Part shown: positions 10,318 to 18,634 of the stretch, in pieces
How positions within the stretch are numbered: position 1 is the stretch's first letter
Layout: every line of letters starts with the position of its first letter
Assembly: GCA_020632515.1 (NCBI GenBank)
Contig: JACKFK010000004.1
Coordinates: 128,068-192,067, forward strand
Origin: Candidatus Omnitrophota bacterium
Lineage (GTDB): Bacteria > Omnitrophota > Gorgyraeia > Zapsychrales > Zapsychraceae
Direction of reading: 5' to 3'
DNA: 64,000 bases
Program-made: the position numbers and the translations under genes
Notes under the pieces: model-generated
Told to the model about the DNA's origin: nothing
Databases searched by the model: none
The model's input: only the letters and a program-made list of their open reading frames with translations

Positions 10318-10833
10318 ATGAGAATTTATCATGATCTAAAATTTAAAAGTCAGATGTTTTATGGTAAAAGCAGTTTTATTAGTATTTTGCGCGTGCTTTT
10401 CAGCGATGGAAGCTTAGCCATTGTTTTATATCGAATCACACAATTTCTTTTTAAATATCGGTTGGGATTTGTCGGGTATTTTTTTCAACTGCTGAATAAA
10501 TATCTTAATGGCTGTGTTATCGGCGGTAAAGCGGAATTTGATACAGGTTTTGTGCTGATGCATCCGCATGGCGTGATCATAAATAGTGAAGTTAAAGGCG
10601 GAAAGAATATTGTAATTGAAAGCGGTGTGGTGATTGGAGCTGCGCGTAATGGTCTGCCAGTGGAAGCGCCGTATTTAAAGAATAATATTTTCATCGGCAG
10701 CGGGGCTAAGATTCTCGGGGGTATTTCTATCGGTAACCATGTTAATATCGGCGCCAACGCGGTTGTCTTGCAAAACGTTCCTGATAATAGCACTGCAGTT
10801 GGAGTGCCGGCAAGGATTATTGAAAAGAAATAA
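10318..10833 (+). CDS. Hexapeptide-repeat (LbH) O/N-acetyltransferase, serine-acetyltransferase-like
   Basis: Tandem hexapeptide repeats 'IGSGAKILGGISIGNHVNIGANAVV'; 171 aa, the size and shape of EPS-locus CysE-like acetyltransferases. Confidence 0.7.
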   Translation: MRIYHDLKFKSQMFYGKSSFISILRVLFSDGSLAIVLYRITQFLFKYRLGFVGYFFQLLNKYLNGCVIGGKAEFDTGFVLMHPHGVIINSEVKGGKNIVIESGVVIGAARNGLPVEAPYLKNNIFIGSGAKILGGISIGNHVNIGANAVVLQNVPDNSTAVGVPARIIEKK

Positions 10834-11997
10834 ATGAATATGCCTATAGAAAACTTTATAAAATTTGTATTTTGGTTAGCGTTTTTTTTCGTAGGCTACG
10901 CGTATATTTTATATCCATTTTTATTAATTGTTATTGATAACCTGGCGCCCAAGAAAGATTTTCAACAAAGCGATGAAGCTTTATCAGTTGCTATTCTGGT
11001 AGCTGCCCATAATGAAGAAAAAGTTATTGCGAATAAAATTAAAAATTGTTTAGCGTTAGATTATCCGATGGAATTTTTACAAATTGTGATCGCCTCAGAT
11101 GGATCAGATGACAAGACTAATGAAATTGTGCGAAAACATCAAAGTAAAAATGTGATCCTGATGGATTATCCTCAGCGTCAAGGAAAAATTAATGTGCTGA
11201 ATCAAACGATTCCAAATATTCAAAGCGAGATTGTGGTCTTTAGTGATGCTAACACGCTTTTTCATCATGACGCGGTTAAAAATCTGGTAAGGCATTTTGC
11301 CGATAAAAGAATTGGGTGTGTTTGCGGTGGATTGCATTTTATCAATGCGGATGGGAGTCATACTGCGGATTTAGAAGGGTTTTATTGGCGATATGAGACA
11401 TTTATGAAAAATATCGAAGGTCGACGGGGATCATTGCTAGGTGCTAATGGCGGAATTTACGCTATTCGAAAAACACTTTATGAGCCGTGTCTAGAAGATA
11501 CCATTATCGATGATTTTATGATCCCGATGAAAATCTTAGAAAAGGGATTTAAAGTTATTTACGACCCAAGTGCTAGCGCAAAAGAAGAATCTGCACATAA
11601 AATTGTTCAGGAAAAACAACGACGTATTCGTATTGGTGCCGGAGATTTTCAAGCCTTAACCAGGTTGTCGCATATGCTTAATCCTGTTTTAGGGTTCTCG
11701 GCTTTGGCTTTTTGGTCACATAAGGTTTTACGATGGTTGGCGCCATTCTTTTTGATTACGATATTTTTGACAAATATCCTTTTATTAAAAGATCCTATTT
11801 ACATTTTTATTTTTCTAGGACAATGTCTTTTTTATTTGTCAGCGTTTTTTGGACAACTGCTTAGCTGGGCGGGTATCAAAGTAAAGTTTTTTAATTTATG
11901 CTATTACTTTGTATCAATGAATTTGGCGTTATTATTAGGATTTGTTCGGTTTATTTCTGGTGAACAAGCCGCGACATGGAATAGAACGGAACGATAA
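10834..11997 (+). CDS. Membrane-embedded family 2 glycosyltransferase with synthase-like architecture
   Basis: N-terminal TM helix; 'AILVAAHNEE', 'ASDGSDD', 'FSDAN' (DxD position); 'QEKQRRIRIG' at the position of the QxxRW motif; 3-4 C-terminal TM helices. The layout resembles PgaC/IcaA/BcsA-type synthases. Confidence 0.7.
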   Translation: MNMPIENFIKFVFWLAFFFVGYAYILYPFLLIVIDNLAPKKDFQQSDEALSVAILVAAHNEEKVIANKIKNCLALDYPMEFLQIVIASDGSDDKTNEIVRKHQSKNVILMDYPQRQGKINVLNQTIPNIQSEIVVFSDANTLFHHDAVKNLVRHFADKRIGCVCGGLHFINADGSHTADLEGFYWRYETFMKNIEGRRGSLLGANGGIYAIRKTLYEPCLEDTIIDDFMIPMKILEKGFKVIYDPSASAKEESAHKIVQEKQRRIRIGAGDFQALTRLSHMLNPVLGFSALAFWSHKVLRWLAPFFLITIFLTNILLLKDPIYIFIFLGQCLFYLSAFFGQLLSWAGIKVKFFNLCYYFVSMNLALLLGFVRFISGEQAATWNRTER

Positions 11998-11998
11998 A

Positions 11999-13093
11999 AT
12001 GGCGAAGAATATAAATCGATGGATTGGCAGTTATCTTAAGCAGGAATTAAAGAAAGTTTTTAATACAAAGCGACATCACAAAAAAGTTCATGTTATGTTT
12101 TCGTGTGTGGATCATTATGAGCCCGACTGGCATGACGCTGATGAGAAAACGCAGCTGGAACGTGTACAGCGTTGGGTTGAAAAATATCCTGCATTAGCAA
12201 AAAAGCATAAAGATGCGGATGGATGTCATCCACGGCATACTTTCTTTTATCCTGCGGAAGTTTATAATTCTGTGCATTTAGATTTATTGGCCAAGATTTG
12301 TAAACAAGGTTTTGCGGAAGTAGAAGTTCATTTGCATCATGATAATGATACGGAAGAAACATTAAGAATAAAATTAGAGAAAGCAAAGAAAGATTTTAGT
12401 CAGCATGGATTGTTAAGTCGGCGGAAACTATCAGGACAGATTCGCTTTGGATTTATTCATGGAAATTGGGCGCTTAATAATTCTCGTAAAGACGGCTGTT
12501 GGTGTGGTGTTAATGACGAAGCGCGTATTTTAGCGGATTGCGGATGCTACGCGGATTTTACTTATCCTTCAGCGCCGAGTGAAACACAGCCGAAGATTAT
12601 TAATCGGATTTATTACACGCGGTCGCATCCTTTGAAAGCAAAAACGCATAATTATGGTGTTGACGTAAAAACGGGCCGGCATACTAAAGCGCATTTGCTT
12701 ATGGTGCAGGGGCCGCTAACATTTAATTGGACAAAACGTAAAAAAGGAATTTTTCCCAGGATTGAAAATGGCGATATCACCGGGGCTAATCCCCCCACTA
12801 AAGATCGTGTTGATTTATGGATCAAACAGTATATTAGTGTAAAAGGAAAACCTGATTGGATATTTGTCAAAGTGTACACGCATGGTGCTCCGGAGAAGAA
12901 CGCGCATACCTTATTAGGAAATCCTATGGATGAAATGTTTTCTTATTTGGAAGAAAAATATAATGACGGCATGAATTTTGCTCTTCATTATGTCAGCGCG
13001 CGTGAGATGTTTAATATTATTAAAGCTGCTGAAGCCGGAGAACAAGGCCTGCCCGGGGAATATCGGGATTATATATTAGAAAAAAATATTTAG
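11999..13093 (+). CDS. Conserved hypothetical; His/Asp-rich, possibly a divergent metal-dependent polysaccharide deacetylase/esterase
   Basis: Motifs 'SCVDHYEPDW', 'VEVHLHHDND', 'FIHGNWALNN'. Starts 1 nt after the GT2 stop (start moved from 11942 to ATG 11999). The functional call is based on motif shape and context only. Confidence 0.35.
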   Translation: MAKNINRWIGSYLKQELKKVFNTKRHHKKVHVMFSCVDHYEPDWHDADEKTQLERVQRWVEKYPALAKKHKDADGCHPRHTFFYPAEVYNSVHLDLLAKICKQGFAEVEVHLHHDNDTEETLRIKLEKAKKDFSQHGLLSRRKLSGQIRFGFIHGNWALNNSRKDGCWCGVNDEARILADCGCYADFTYPSAPSETQPKIINRIYYTRSHPLKAKTHNYGVDVKTGRHTKAHLLMVQGPLTFNWTKRKKGIFPRIENGDITGANPPTKDRVDLWIKQYISVKGKPDWIFVKVYTHGAPEKNAHTLLGNPMDEMFSYLEEKYNDGMNFALHYVSAREMFNIIKAAEAGEQGLPGEYRDYILEKNI

Positions 13094-13116
13094 AGAACAA
13101 AGGATAAATTAACTAT

Positions 13117-14223
13117 ATGGACAGAAAAATTGATTTTGATGTGCCAAATATATCAAATGTTGAAAAAGAGTATATTTTAAAGGCATTGGATAGCCGGTTT
13201 GTTTCAACAATCGGACCACATTTAAATGAATTTGAAGAGAAATTTACGCGTTATTTAAAATGTAAAAAATCAGCAGCCACGCAAAGCGGAACCGCGGCTT
13301 TGCATATTTCTCTTTATGAATTAGGAATCGGCCCGGGGGATGAGGTGATTGTGCCGGTTACAACATTTATCGCTTCAATTAATCCATTGCTTTATGTCGG
13401 CGCAAAGCCGGTTTTTGTGGATGTTGATGAAGAAACGTGGAATATGTTGCCGGATCAAATTGAGCAAGCTATTACAGCGAAAACCAAGGCGATTATTCCA
13501 GTGCATCTTTATGGGAATCCTTGTGACATGAACGCGATTATGAAGATCGCAAAAAAACATAATTTATTCGTGATTGAAGACGCTACAGAAAGTTTAGGCG
13601 CGCATATTGACGGCCGGTTTACTGGTACTTTTGGGGATATGGGGTGTTTTAGCTTCAGCGGCAATAAAACGATCACTTCCGGAGACGGCGGCATGGTGGT
13701 TGGCAACAATCATAAGCAGATGGAACATATTAAATATTTGATTAATCAAGCGAAAGACGCGACAGGAGGATATTTTCATTCAGAAGTAGGTTTTAAATAT
13801 GGGATGTCTAATTTGGAAGCCGCATTAGGTTTGGCACAATTCAGCCGGCTGCAAGAATTTTTGGATAAGAAAAAAGAATTTAGTGAAATTTATAAAGAAG
13901 AGTTAAGCGACGTTGCCGGTGTCAAGTTTCAAAAACTTTATGATAAGGCTGTCAGTTCCTGGTGGTTGACGTGTATTACAGTTGATCGGGCAAATCTCCA
14001 GCTTACAGATATCCAGGAGGCGCTGATGAAAAAAGGAATTCCAACAAAACGTTTTTTTGTGCCGATTGTGGAATTTCCACCGTATAAGAATCATCAAAAG
14101 GAAGGTGCTTTTGATAACGCGTATAAAATTTATCATCGAGGGTTATGTCTGCCAAGTACAACCGTGAATTCCCTTGATGATACGCGGTATATTGGCAGAA
14201 CCATTAAAGAATTATTGACATAG
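13117..14223 (+). CDS. DegT/DnrJ/EryC1/StrS-family PLP-dependent sugar aminotransferase
   Basis: 'SGTAALHISL', 'VIEDATESLGA', 'SFSGNKTITSGDGG' (PLP-lysine region); 368 aa. Confidence 0.85.
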   Translation: MDRKIDFDVPNISNVEKEYILKALDSRFVSTIGPHLNEFEEKFTRYLKCKKSAATQSGTAALHISLYELGIGPGDEVIVPVTTFIASINPLLYVGAKPVFVDVDEETWNMLPDQIEQAITAKTKAIIPVHLYGNPCDMNAIMKIAKKHNLFVIEDATESLGAHIDGRFTGTFGDMGCFSFSGNKTITSGDGGMVVGNNHKQMEHIKYLINQAKDATGGYFHSEVGFKYGMSNLEAALGLAQFSRLQEFLDKKKEFSEIYKEELSDVAGVKFQKLYDKAVSSWWLTCITVDRANLQLTDIQEALMKKGIPTKRFFVPIVEFPPYKNHQKEGAFDNAYKIYHRGLCLPSTTVNSLDDTRYIGRTIKELLT

Positions 14224-14260
14224 ATCATCAGTTATCGGTGTTTTGTGTGGAAAGGTATTT

Positions 14261-16858
14261 ATGACGAAATTACAGCAATATTTGATATTGGCAGCGGTGA
14301 TCATTATTGGTTTTATGTTTTTAAATAAAAATGAATCTTCTCTAAAATCAAAACAAGCTAAGAAAATAAGCGAAGAAGTTGTTGTTCTGAGCAATTTTGA
14401 AGATCCAAAAGTGTGGGGTATTTCACCGGAACACGGGTTTTCAATCCGGGTAACGAAAAAACATAGCACACAGGGAAAGTATTCATTAGAGGTGAAATTT
14501 CCGCAAAAAGATTATCCTAGTATCAATACAAAGAAGTTGGAGCAAAATTGGGGAGATTATGAATATTTGTTATTGGACGTTTTTAATCCACAGGATGAGT
14601 CCATTGATTTTCGTATTCGCTTGGACGATTTATCAAAAAAACGTGTCAACATTCCTTATCGGCTTGAGCCTGGCGCCAATGTCATTAAAATAGCCAAATC
14701 TCAGATCGCGGCTAAAATCAACGCGGAAAAAATCCGTTTTGTTGTTTTTTATCTTAATGATCCACGTAAGCGTCTTACATTGTATTTTGATAATCTTCGT
14801 CTGGAGAAATCAGGATTAATTCAGAATATTGAAACGAAATTAAAGAATAAAGATACTGTTCAAACACAAGCCTCAGCGCAACCATTGCCACTGCGAAAAG
14901 CTGTTGACCTGCCATCAAAACCTGTTCTCACACAAGGCGAATTAAAAGTAGCCTTGGCTAAATTAAAGGATGAAAAAGAAAAGGTTGTTTTTATATCTTC
15001 TGGAATCCCATTTGCGCGCGGACAGTTGAAAGCTATTAACGACTTTGTCATAACCGATACGAATGGTCAAGAGATTCCTATCGCTGCGAAGGTTTTGGCT
15101 CGCTGGCCGCAAGATCAATCAATTCGTTCTGTCTTGGTGCAGTTTCAATATCCGATTGAGGCAATTTACGAATATGTTTTATTTCGCTGGGGAGTGGCAA
15201 GAACGACAAAAGATTTAGACATTGTGGAGCCGCGTTGGCAATATCCCGAGGGCGTTGTCGTGATGCCGGCGGAATGGCTGTGTTCGTCGGAAGTGACAGG
15301 GGAACAAGTTCCGTTAGGGATTGGCTATTTTTATGATAAATATGATAAGAAAATATTAAATAATTTTGAAAAAGTAAAAAATAAACCATGGACTGGGAAG
15401 TTAACTGTTGACGGCTTTTATTCGACCCCACATGTGTTTTATCAGTTATACGCCCGCTCAGGTGAATTAAATTATTTCCTTGCGGCGAGAAAAGAGCTGC
15501 TTCATTATCGGGATACGCAACTCATTTTGGATGGAGAAAACCGTGGTCGTAGCACACAAGGGCCTAAAGGGCGGTATGTTTATGTTCAGGCTATGATGGA
15601 TGATTATTTATTAACGGGAGATCCTAAATCATTGGAGGTGGCCAGATACATGGCTGAATACTTAAAGAATTATTTTCCGCCGGAAAAAGCTTTTTATCCC
15701 AAAGGCGCTGAGTATTTTTGGACCGAACGAACCGCGGCATTTCCATTTTTAGGTATTATAACTTACTATGAATTGACGCAGGATAAAGAATATTTAAAAT
15801 TAGCCGACGAGTATATGGAAAACCTCTACAAGATGCAGATGCAGTATCCGGAACGCGGTGGATTTATTCATAACCTTTACGCGCATGATCCAGAAGAAGG
15901 CGCGCGCAAAGATGAGTATGGAGGTTCTCCATTTATGACGGGATTGTTATTAGAGTCGATCATTAAATATCATAAAATTACAAAAAGTGAAAAAGCAGCT
16001 GATTCAATCTTTCGAGTGGTGGATTGGCTGATTAATGAGGGCTTGGTGGCGGATGGGGATTCTTTTAAATATATGACCGCGGATAAATATCTTAATACTG
16101 ACGGTGATCCGGATGTAAATCTTCTCGTTGTTCATGGATTGGGATACGCGTATCGTCTTAGCGGTTATCAAAATGAAGAGTATATAAAAGTCGGACAGAA
16201 GGTTTTTAACCGCGGGGTAAAAGATGGATTTGTTGCCAAACGAAAACATTTTAATCAGAATTTCCGTAACAGCGGGCATTATCTGGCGTATGTTGCGGAT
16301 GGTCTGGAACAGCTTCAAGTTTTAAAACCATTAGCTGAGCAGGACGAGGAGAGAACGATTGAGAATGTGTTATTCTTTGAAGGTTTTGAATATTCTTTAG
16401 GGAAGTTTAAGGGAATGGGCGACGCAGCGCTTGACCTTGATAAGGACGATGTCTATTTAAACGGGAATTCTTTTCACATTAAAAGTAAATTTCAGAAATC
16501 CACTCTGTCTGCTGGTTTTCTTCTGGAAAATTGGAATATGGACGATTTCTCCCGAATCAATTTTGCTTATAAAATTCCATCGGAAACACCGGTAGGGATG
16601 CTGGTCATCACCCAATTTGGCGATAGTATTTGTATCGGCGGGACTTCCCGGTATCAATGCGGGCGTACTCAAGCAAAAGAGGAATTTAAGCTGATCGATG
16701 ATGGTCAGTGGCACGAAGCGAATTTTGATGTTAGACTTGCTGTGCGTAGTGTCTTGCCGCAATTAAAATCATTGACTGGGTTTCAATATTTTACCAATGG
16801 TAACGCGACGGAACATGATGAATTTTGGATTGATGATTTCAAAATAAGACGAGAATAA
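14261..16858 (+). CDS. Large N-terminally anchored extracytoplasmic protein of unknown function: two beta-sandwich (CBM-like) modules flank a helical-repeat core. Candidate glycan-processing enzyme.
   Basis: Signal-anchor 'LILAAVIIIGFMF'. N- and C-terminal segments have the pattern of jelly-roll binding modules ('FE..W....S.G..SL.V.F', terminal 'FWIDDFKI'). The central 350-700 aa is rich in paired helices ('WTERTAAFPFLG', 'GGSPFMTGLLLESI'). ATG 14261 is preferred to TTG 14243. Confidence 0.45.
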   Translation: MTKLQQYLILAAVIIIGFMFLNKNESSLKSKQAKKISEEVVVLSNFEDPKVWGISPEHGFSIRVTKKHSTQGKYSLEVKFPQKDYPSINTKKLEQNWGDYEYLLLDVFNPQDESIDFRIRLDDLSKKRVNIPYRLEPGANVIKIAKSQIAAKINAEKIRFVVFYLNDPRKRLTLYFDNLRLEKSGLIQNIETKLKNKDTVQTQASAQPLPLRKAVDLPSKPVLTQGELKVALAKLKDEKEKVVFISSGIPFARGQLKAINDFVITDTNGQEIPIAAKVLARWPQDQSIRSVLVQFQYPIEAIYEYVLFRWGVARTTKDLDIVEPRWQYPEGVVVMPAEWLCSSEVTGEQVPLGIGYFYDKYDKKILNNFEKVKNKPWTGKLTVDGFYSTPHVFYQLYARSGELNYFLAARKELLHYRDTQLILDGENRGRSTQGPKGRYVYVQAMMDDYLLTGDPKSLEVARYMAEYLKNYFPPEKAFYPKGAEYFWTERTAAFPFLGIITYYELTQDKEYLKLADEYMENLYKMQMQYPERGGFIHNLYAHDPEEGARKDEYGGSPFMTGLLLESIIKYHKITKSEKAADSIFRVVDWLINEGLVADGDSFKYMTADKYLNTDGDPDVNLLVVHGLGYAYRLSGYQNEEYIKVGQKVFNRGVKDGFVAKRKHFNQNFRNSGHYLAYVADGLEQLQVLKPLAEQDEERTIENVLFFEGFEYSLGKFKGMGDAALDLDKDDVYLNGNSFHIKSKFQKSTLSAGFLLENWNMDDFSRINFAYKIPSETPVGMLVITQFGDSICIGGTSRYQCGRTQAKEEFKLIDDGQWHEANFDVRLAVRSVLPQLKSLTGFQYFTNGNATEHDEFWIDDFKIRRE

Positions 16859-16860
16859 CA

Positions 16861-17685
16861 ATGGCATTTATCACGAAAATAAAAGATTTTAAAAAGGAAA
16901 TCGCTGCGTTTTTAATTATGCTTGCCGCGTATTTCCCTACACTTATCTGGATGTGGGATCGTTGGTGGTCAAAGGATTCCTATTATACGCATGGTATTTT
17001 GGTGCCAATTGTTAGCGGATTTTTGGTTTGGCAATTGAAGGATGATTTAGCCAAAATTAAACGCAAAGAATCGGCCTGGGCGATCAGATTAATTGTTATC
17101 GGTTTAGGGGTCCATTTATTCAGTTCTCTTTTCAGGGTTTATTTTTCTTCGGGGTTCTCAATGATTCTCGTGCTGATGGGGTTGATTTTATTTTTCTTCG
17201 GTGGAGAATTTCTGAAGAGAATTATTTTTCCTGTATTATTCTTGCTCTTTATGATTCCTATTCCTCTAGTAGCCATTGCCACAATTAGTTTTAAACTTAA
17301 AATTCTTGCCGCTGAAATCGCAACTGTTGTTTTAAATAATATGCGGATTCCCGCGTTGCGTGAAGGTAGCGTGATTCGTATGCGCGACGCGTATGTGATT
17401 GTCGACGATGTCTGCAGTGGGTTGCGGTCATTAATCGCGTTAACGGCATTAGGCAGTGTCTTTGCCTATTGGATGAAAGATAAAGCTTATAAACGAATAT
17501 TGCTGTTTTTATCCACAATACCTATCGCTATTATTACTAATGTTTGCCGGGTAATATTGTTATGCTGTATCAGTGAAATTTGGGGGCCGAAATACGCGAC
17601 CGGATTTATTCACGATCTTTCCGGATTTATGGTATTTGCCTTAGCGTTTATTTTATTGTTTGTTGTAGGAAAGTTAATTGAATGA
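16861..17685 (+). CDS. Exosortase (EpsH/Xrt family) transpeptidase
   Basis: About 8 TM helices. Carries the family's three signature sites: 'VDDVCSGLRSL' (Cys), 'ITNVCRVILL' (Arg) and 'FIHDLSGF' (His). N-terminal 'WW...SYYTHG'. Confidence 0.85.
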   Translation: MAFITKIKDFKKEIAAFLIMLAAYFPTLIWMWDRWWSKDSYYTHGILVPIVSGFLVWQLKDDLAKIKRKESAWAIRLIVIGLGVHLFSSLFRVYFSSGFSMILVLMGLILFFFGGEFLKRIIFPVLFLLFMIPIPLVAIATISFKLKILAAEIATVVLNNMRIPALREGSVIRMRDAYVIVDDVCSGLRSLIALTALGSVFAYWMKDKAYKRILLFLSTIPIAIITNVCRVILLCCISEIWGPKYATGFIHDLSGFMVFALAFILLFVVGKLIE

Positions 17686-18320
17686 AAAAAGAGAATATCA
17701 GATATTTTTTTATTATTGCTATTTTAATTGTTTCATGTATAATTTCCTGGAATCTATATTTTAAGATTTATCTTCAGGAGGATACGGTCAATATTCACCA
17801 ATTCCCGAAGACATTTGGAGTATGGGAATCCGAGGAATTGCCGATCACAGAAGATGAATATGCTCTTTTAGAAACCCGAAATGCTTTCACCAGACGATAT
17901 TTTACCCAAGATGGTAAGGAAGTTTATATTTTTATCGTGTATTCCCAGCATAATCGCAAGGTTTCGCACCCGCCTGAGGTTTGCTATCTTGGCAATGGGG
18001 TTAGCATTATCAAAAGTGAAATGGAACGGCTTGATGGGCCGAAAGAATATAGTTTATTAAAAACCAATAAATTACTACTTGAAAAGGGCGATTTACGTCA
18101 AGTAGCTTATTATTGGTTTAAAGTTGGTCATTCATTTACAGCGAATTATTGGAAGCAACAGGGACTAATTGCCCTTAAAACGCTGTTAGGAAAACCAGCG
18201 AGTAGTGCCTTGATTAGAGTGTCGGCGTCTGTTAAAGACAGTGCAACGGCTAATGCGGAGCAAGATATGAAGGATTTCATTCAAATCATGATTCCTTTGC
18301 TTTTTAAATACCTCCCTTAA
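17682..18320 (+). CDS. EpsI-family exosortase-associated protein
   Basis: Single N-terminal TM helix, then 'FPKTFGVWESEE...', 'VYIFIVYSQHNRKVSHPPEVCYLGNG'; matches the EpsI family pattern. ATGA overlap with the exosortase stop indicates translational coupling. Confidence 0.7.
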   Translation: MKKENIRYFFIIAILIVSCIISWNLYFKIYLQEDTVNIHQFPKTFGVWESEELPITEDEYALLETRNAFTRRYFTQDGKEVYIFIVYSQHNRKVSHPPEVCYLGNGVSIIKSEMERLDGPKEYSLLKTNKLLLEKGDLRQVAYYWFKVGHSFTANYWKQQGLIALKTLLGKPASSALIRVSASVKDSATANAEQDMKDFIQIMIPLLFKYLP

Positions 18321-18451
18321 AGCGTTAACAAATACGACATAAGCATTGTAAATGTATCCAAATGATTAATTAGGATAAAGCTCCTTATTTTCATCAGATG
18401 GCTCTGCGTTTTGATGTGGTGGAATGGGCGGAAAGAATGTTCATTTTATCC

Positions 18452-18483
18452 ATCATAATGTTTAATTTTATCAACATTATGAT
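18452..18483 (+). promoter_or_regulatory. Perfect 11-bp inverted repeat (ATCATAATGTT-N10-AACATTATGAT); candidate enhancer-binding-protein site (UAS)
   Basis: Read directly from the sequence. Centred about 139 bp upstream of the -24 GG of the sigma-54 promoter at 18605, with very AT-rich DNA in between. Confidence 0.4.
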
Positions 18484-18604
18484 TCCGGAAATAGAGCAGA
18501 GAAGGATATGCTTTTTTTGTAAAAGAAAAATATTTTTAAGTATTTGATAATAAAAGAATTACGAAAAAATTAAAAAGAAAGATAATAGAGTGGTTTTCAA
18601 GATT

Positions 18605-18620
18605 TGGCACGAATTTTGCT
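18605..18620 (+). promoter_or_regulatory. Sigma-54 (RpoN) -24/-12 promoter: TGGCAC-gaatt-TTGCT
   Basis: 11/11 match to the TGGCAC-N5-TTGCW consensus with correct GG-N10-GC spacing. Lies at the 3' end of a 314-bp intergenic gap, just upstream of ATG 18635. Confidence 0.55.
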
Positions 18621-18634
18621 CTAAGAGTCTATAT

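Noticed and set aside
18398-18547. 49-aa hydrophobic ORF (MALRFDVVEWAERMFILSIIMFNFINIMIPEIEQRRICFFCKRKIFLSI) in the exosortase-PGT gap.
   Set aside because: It has no SD, an AT-rich codon composition typical of non-coding DNA, and it spans the palindrome that is better explained as a regulatory site.
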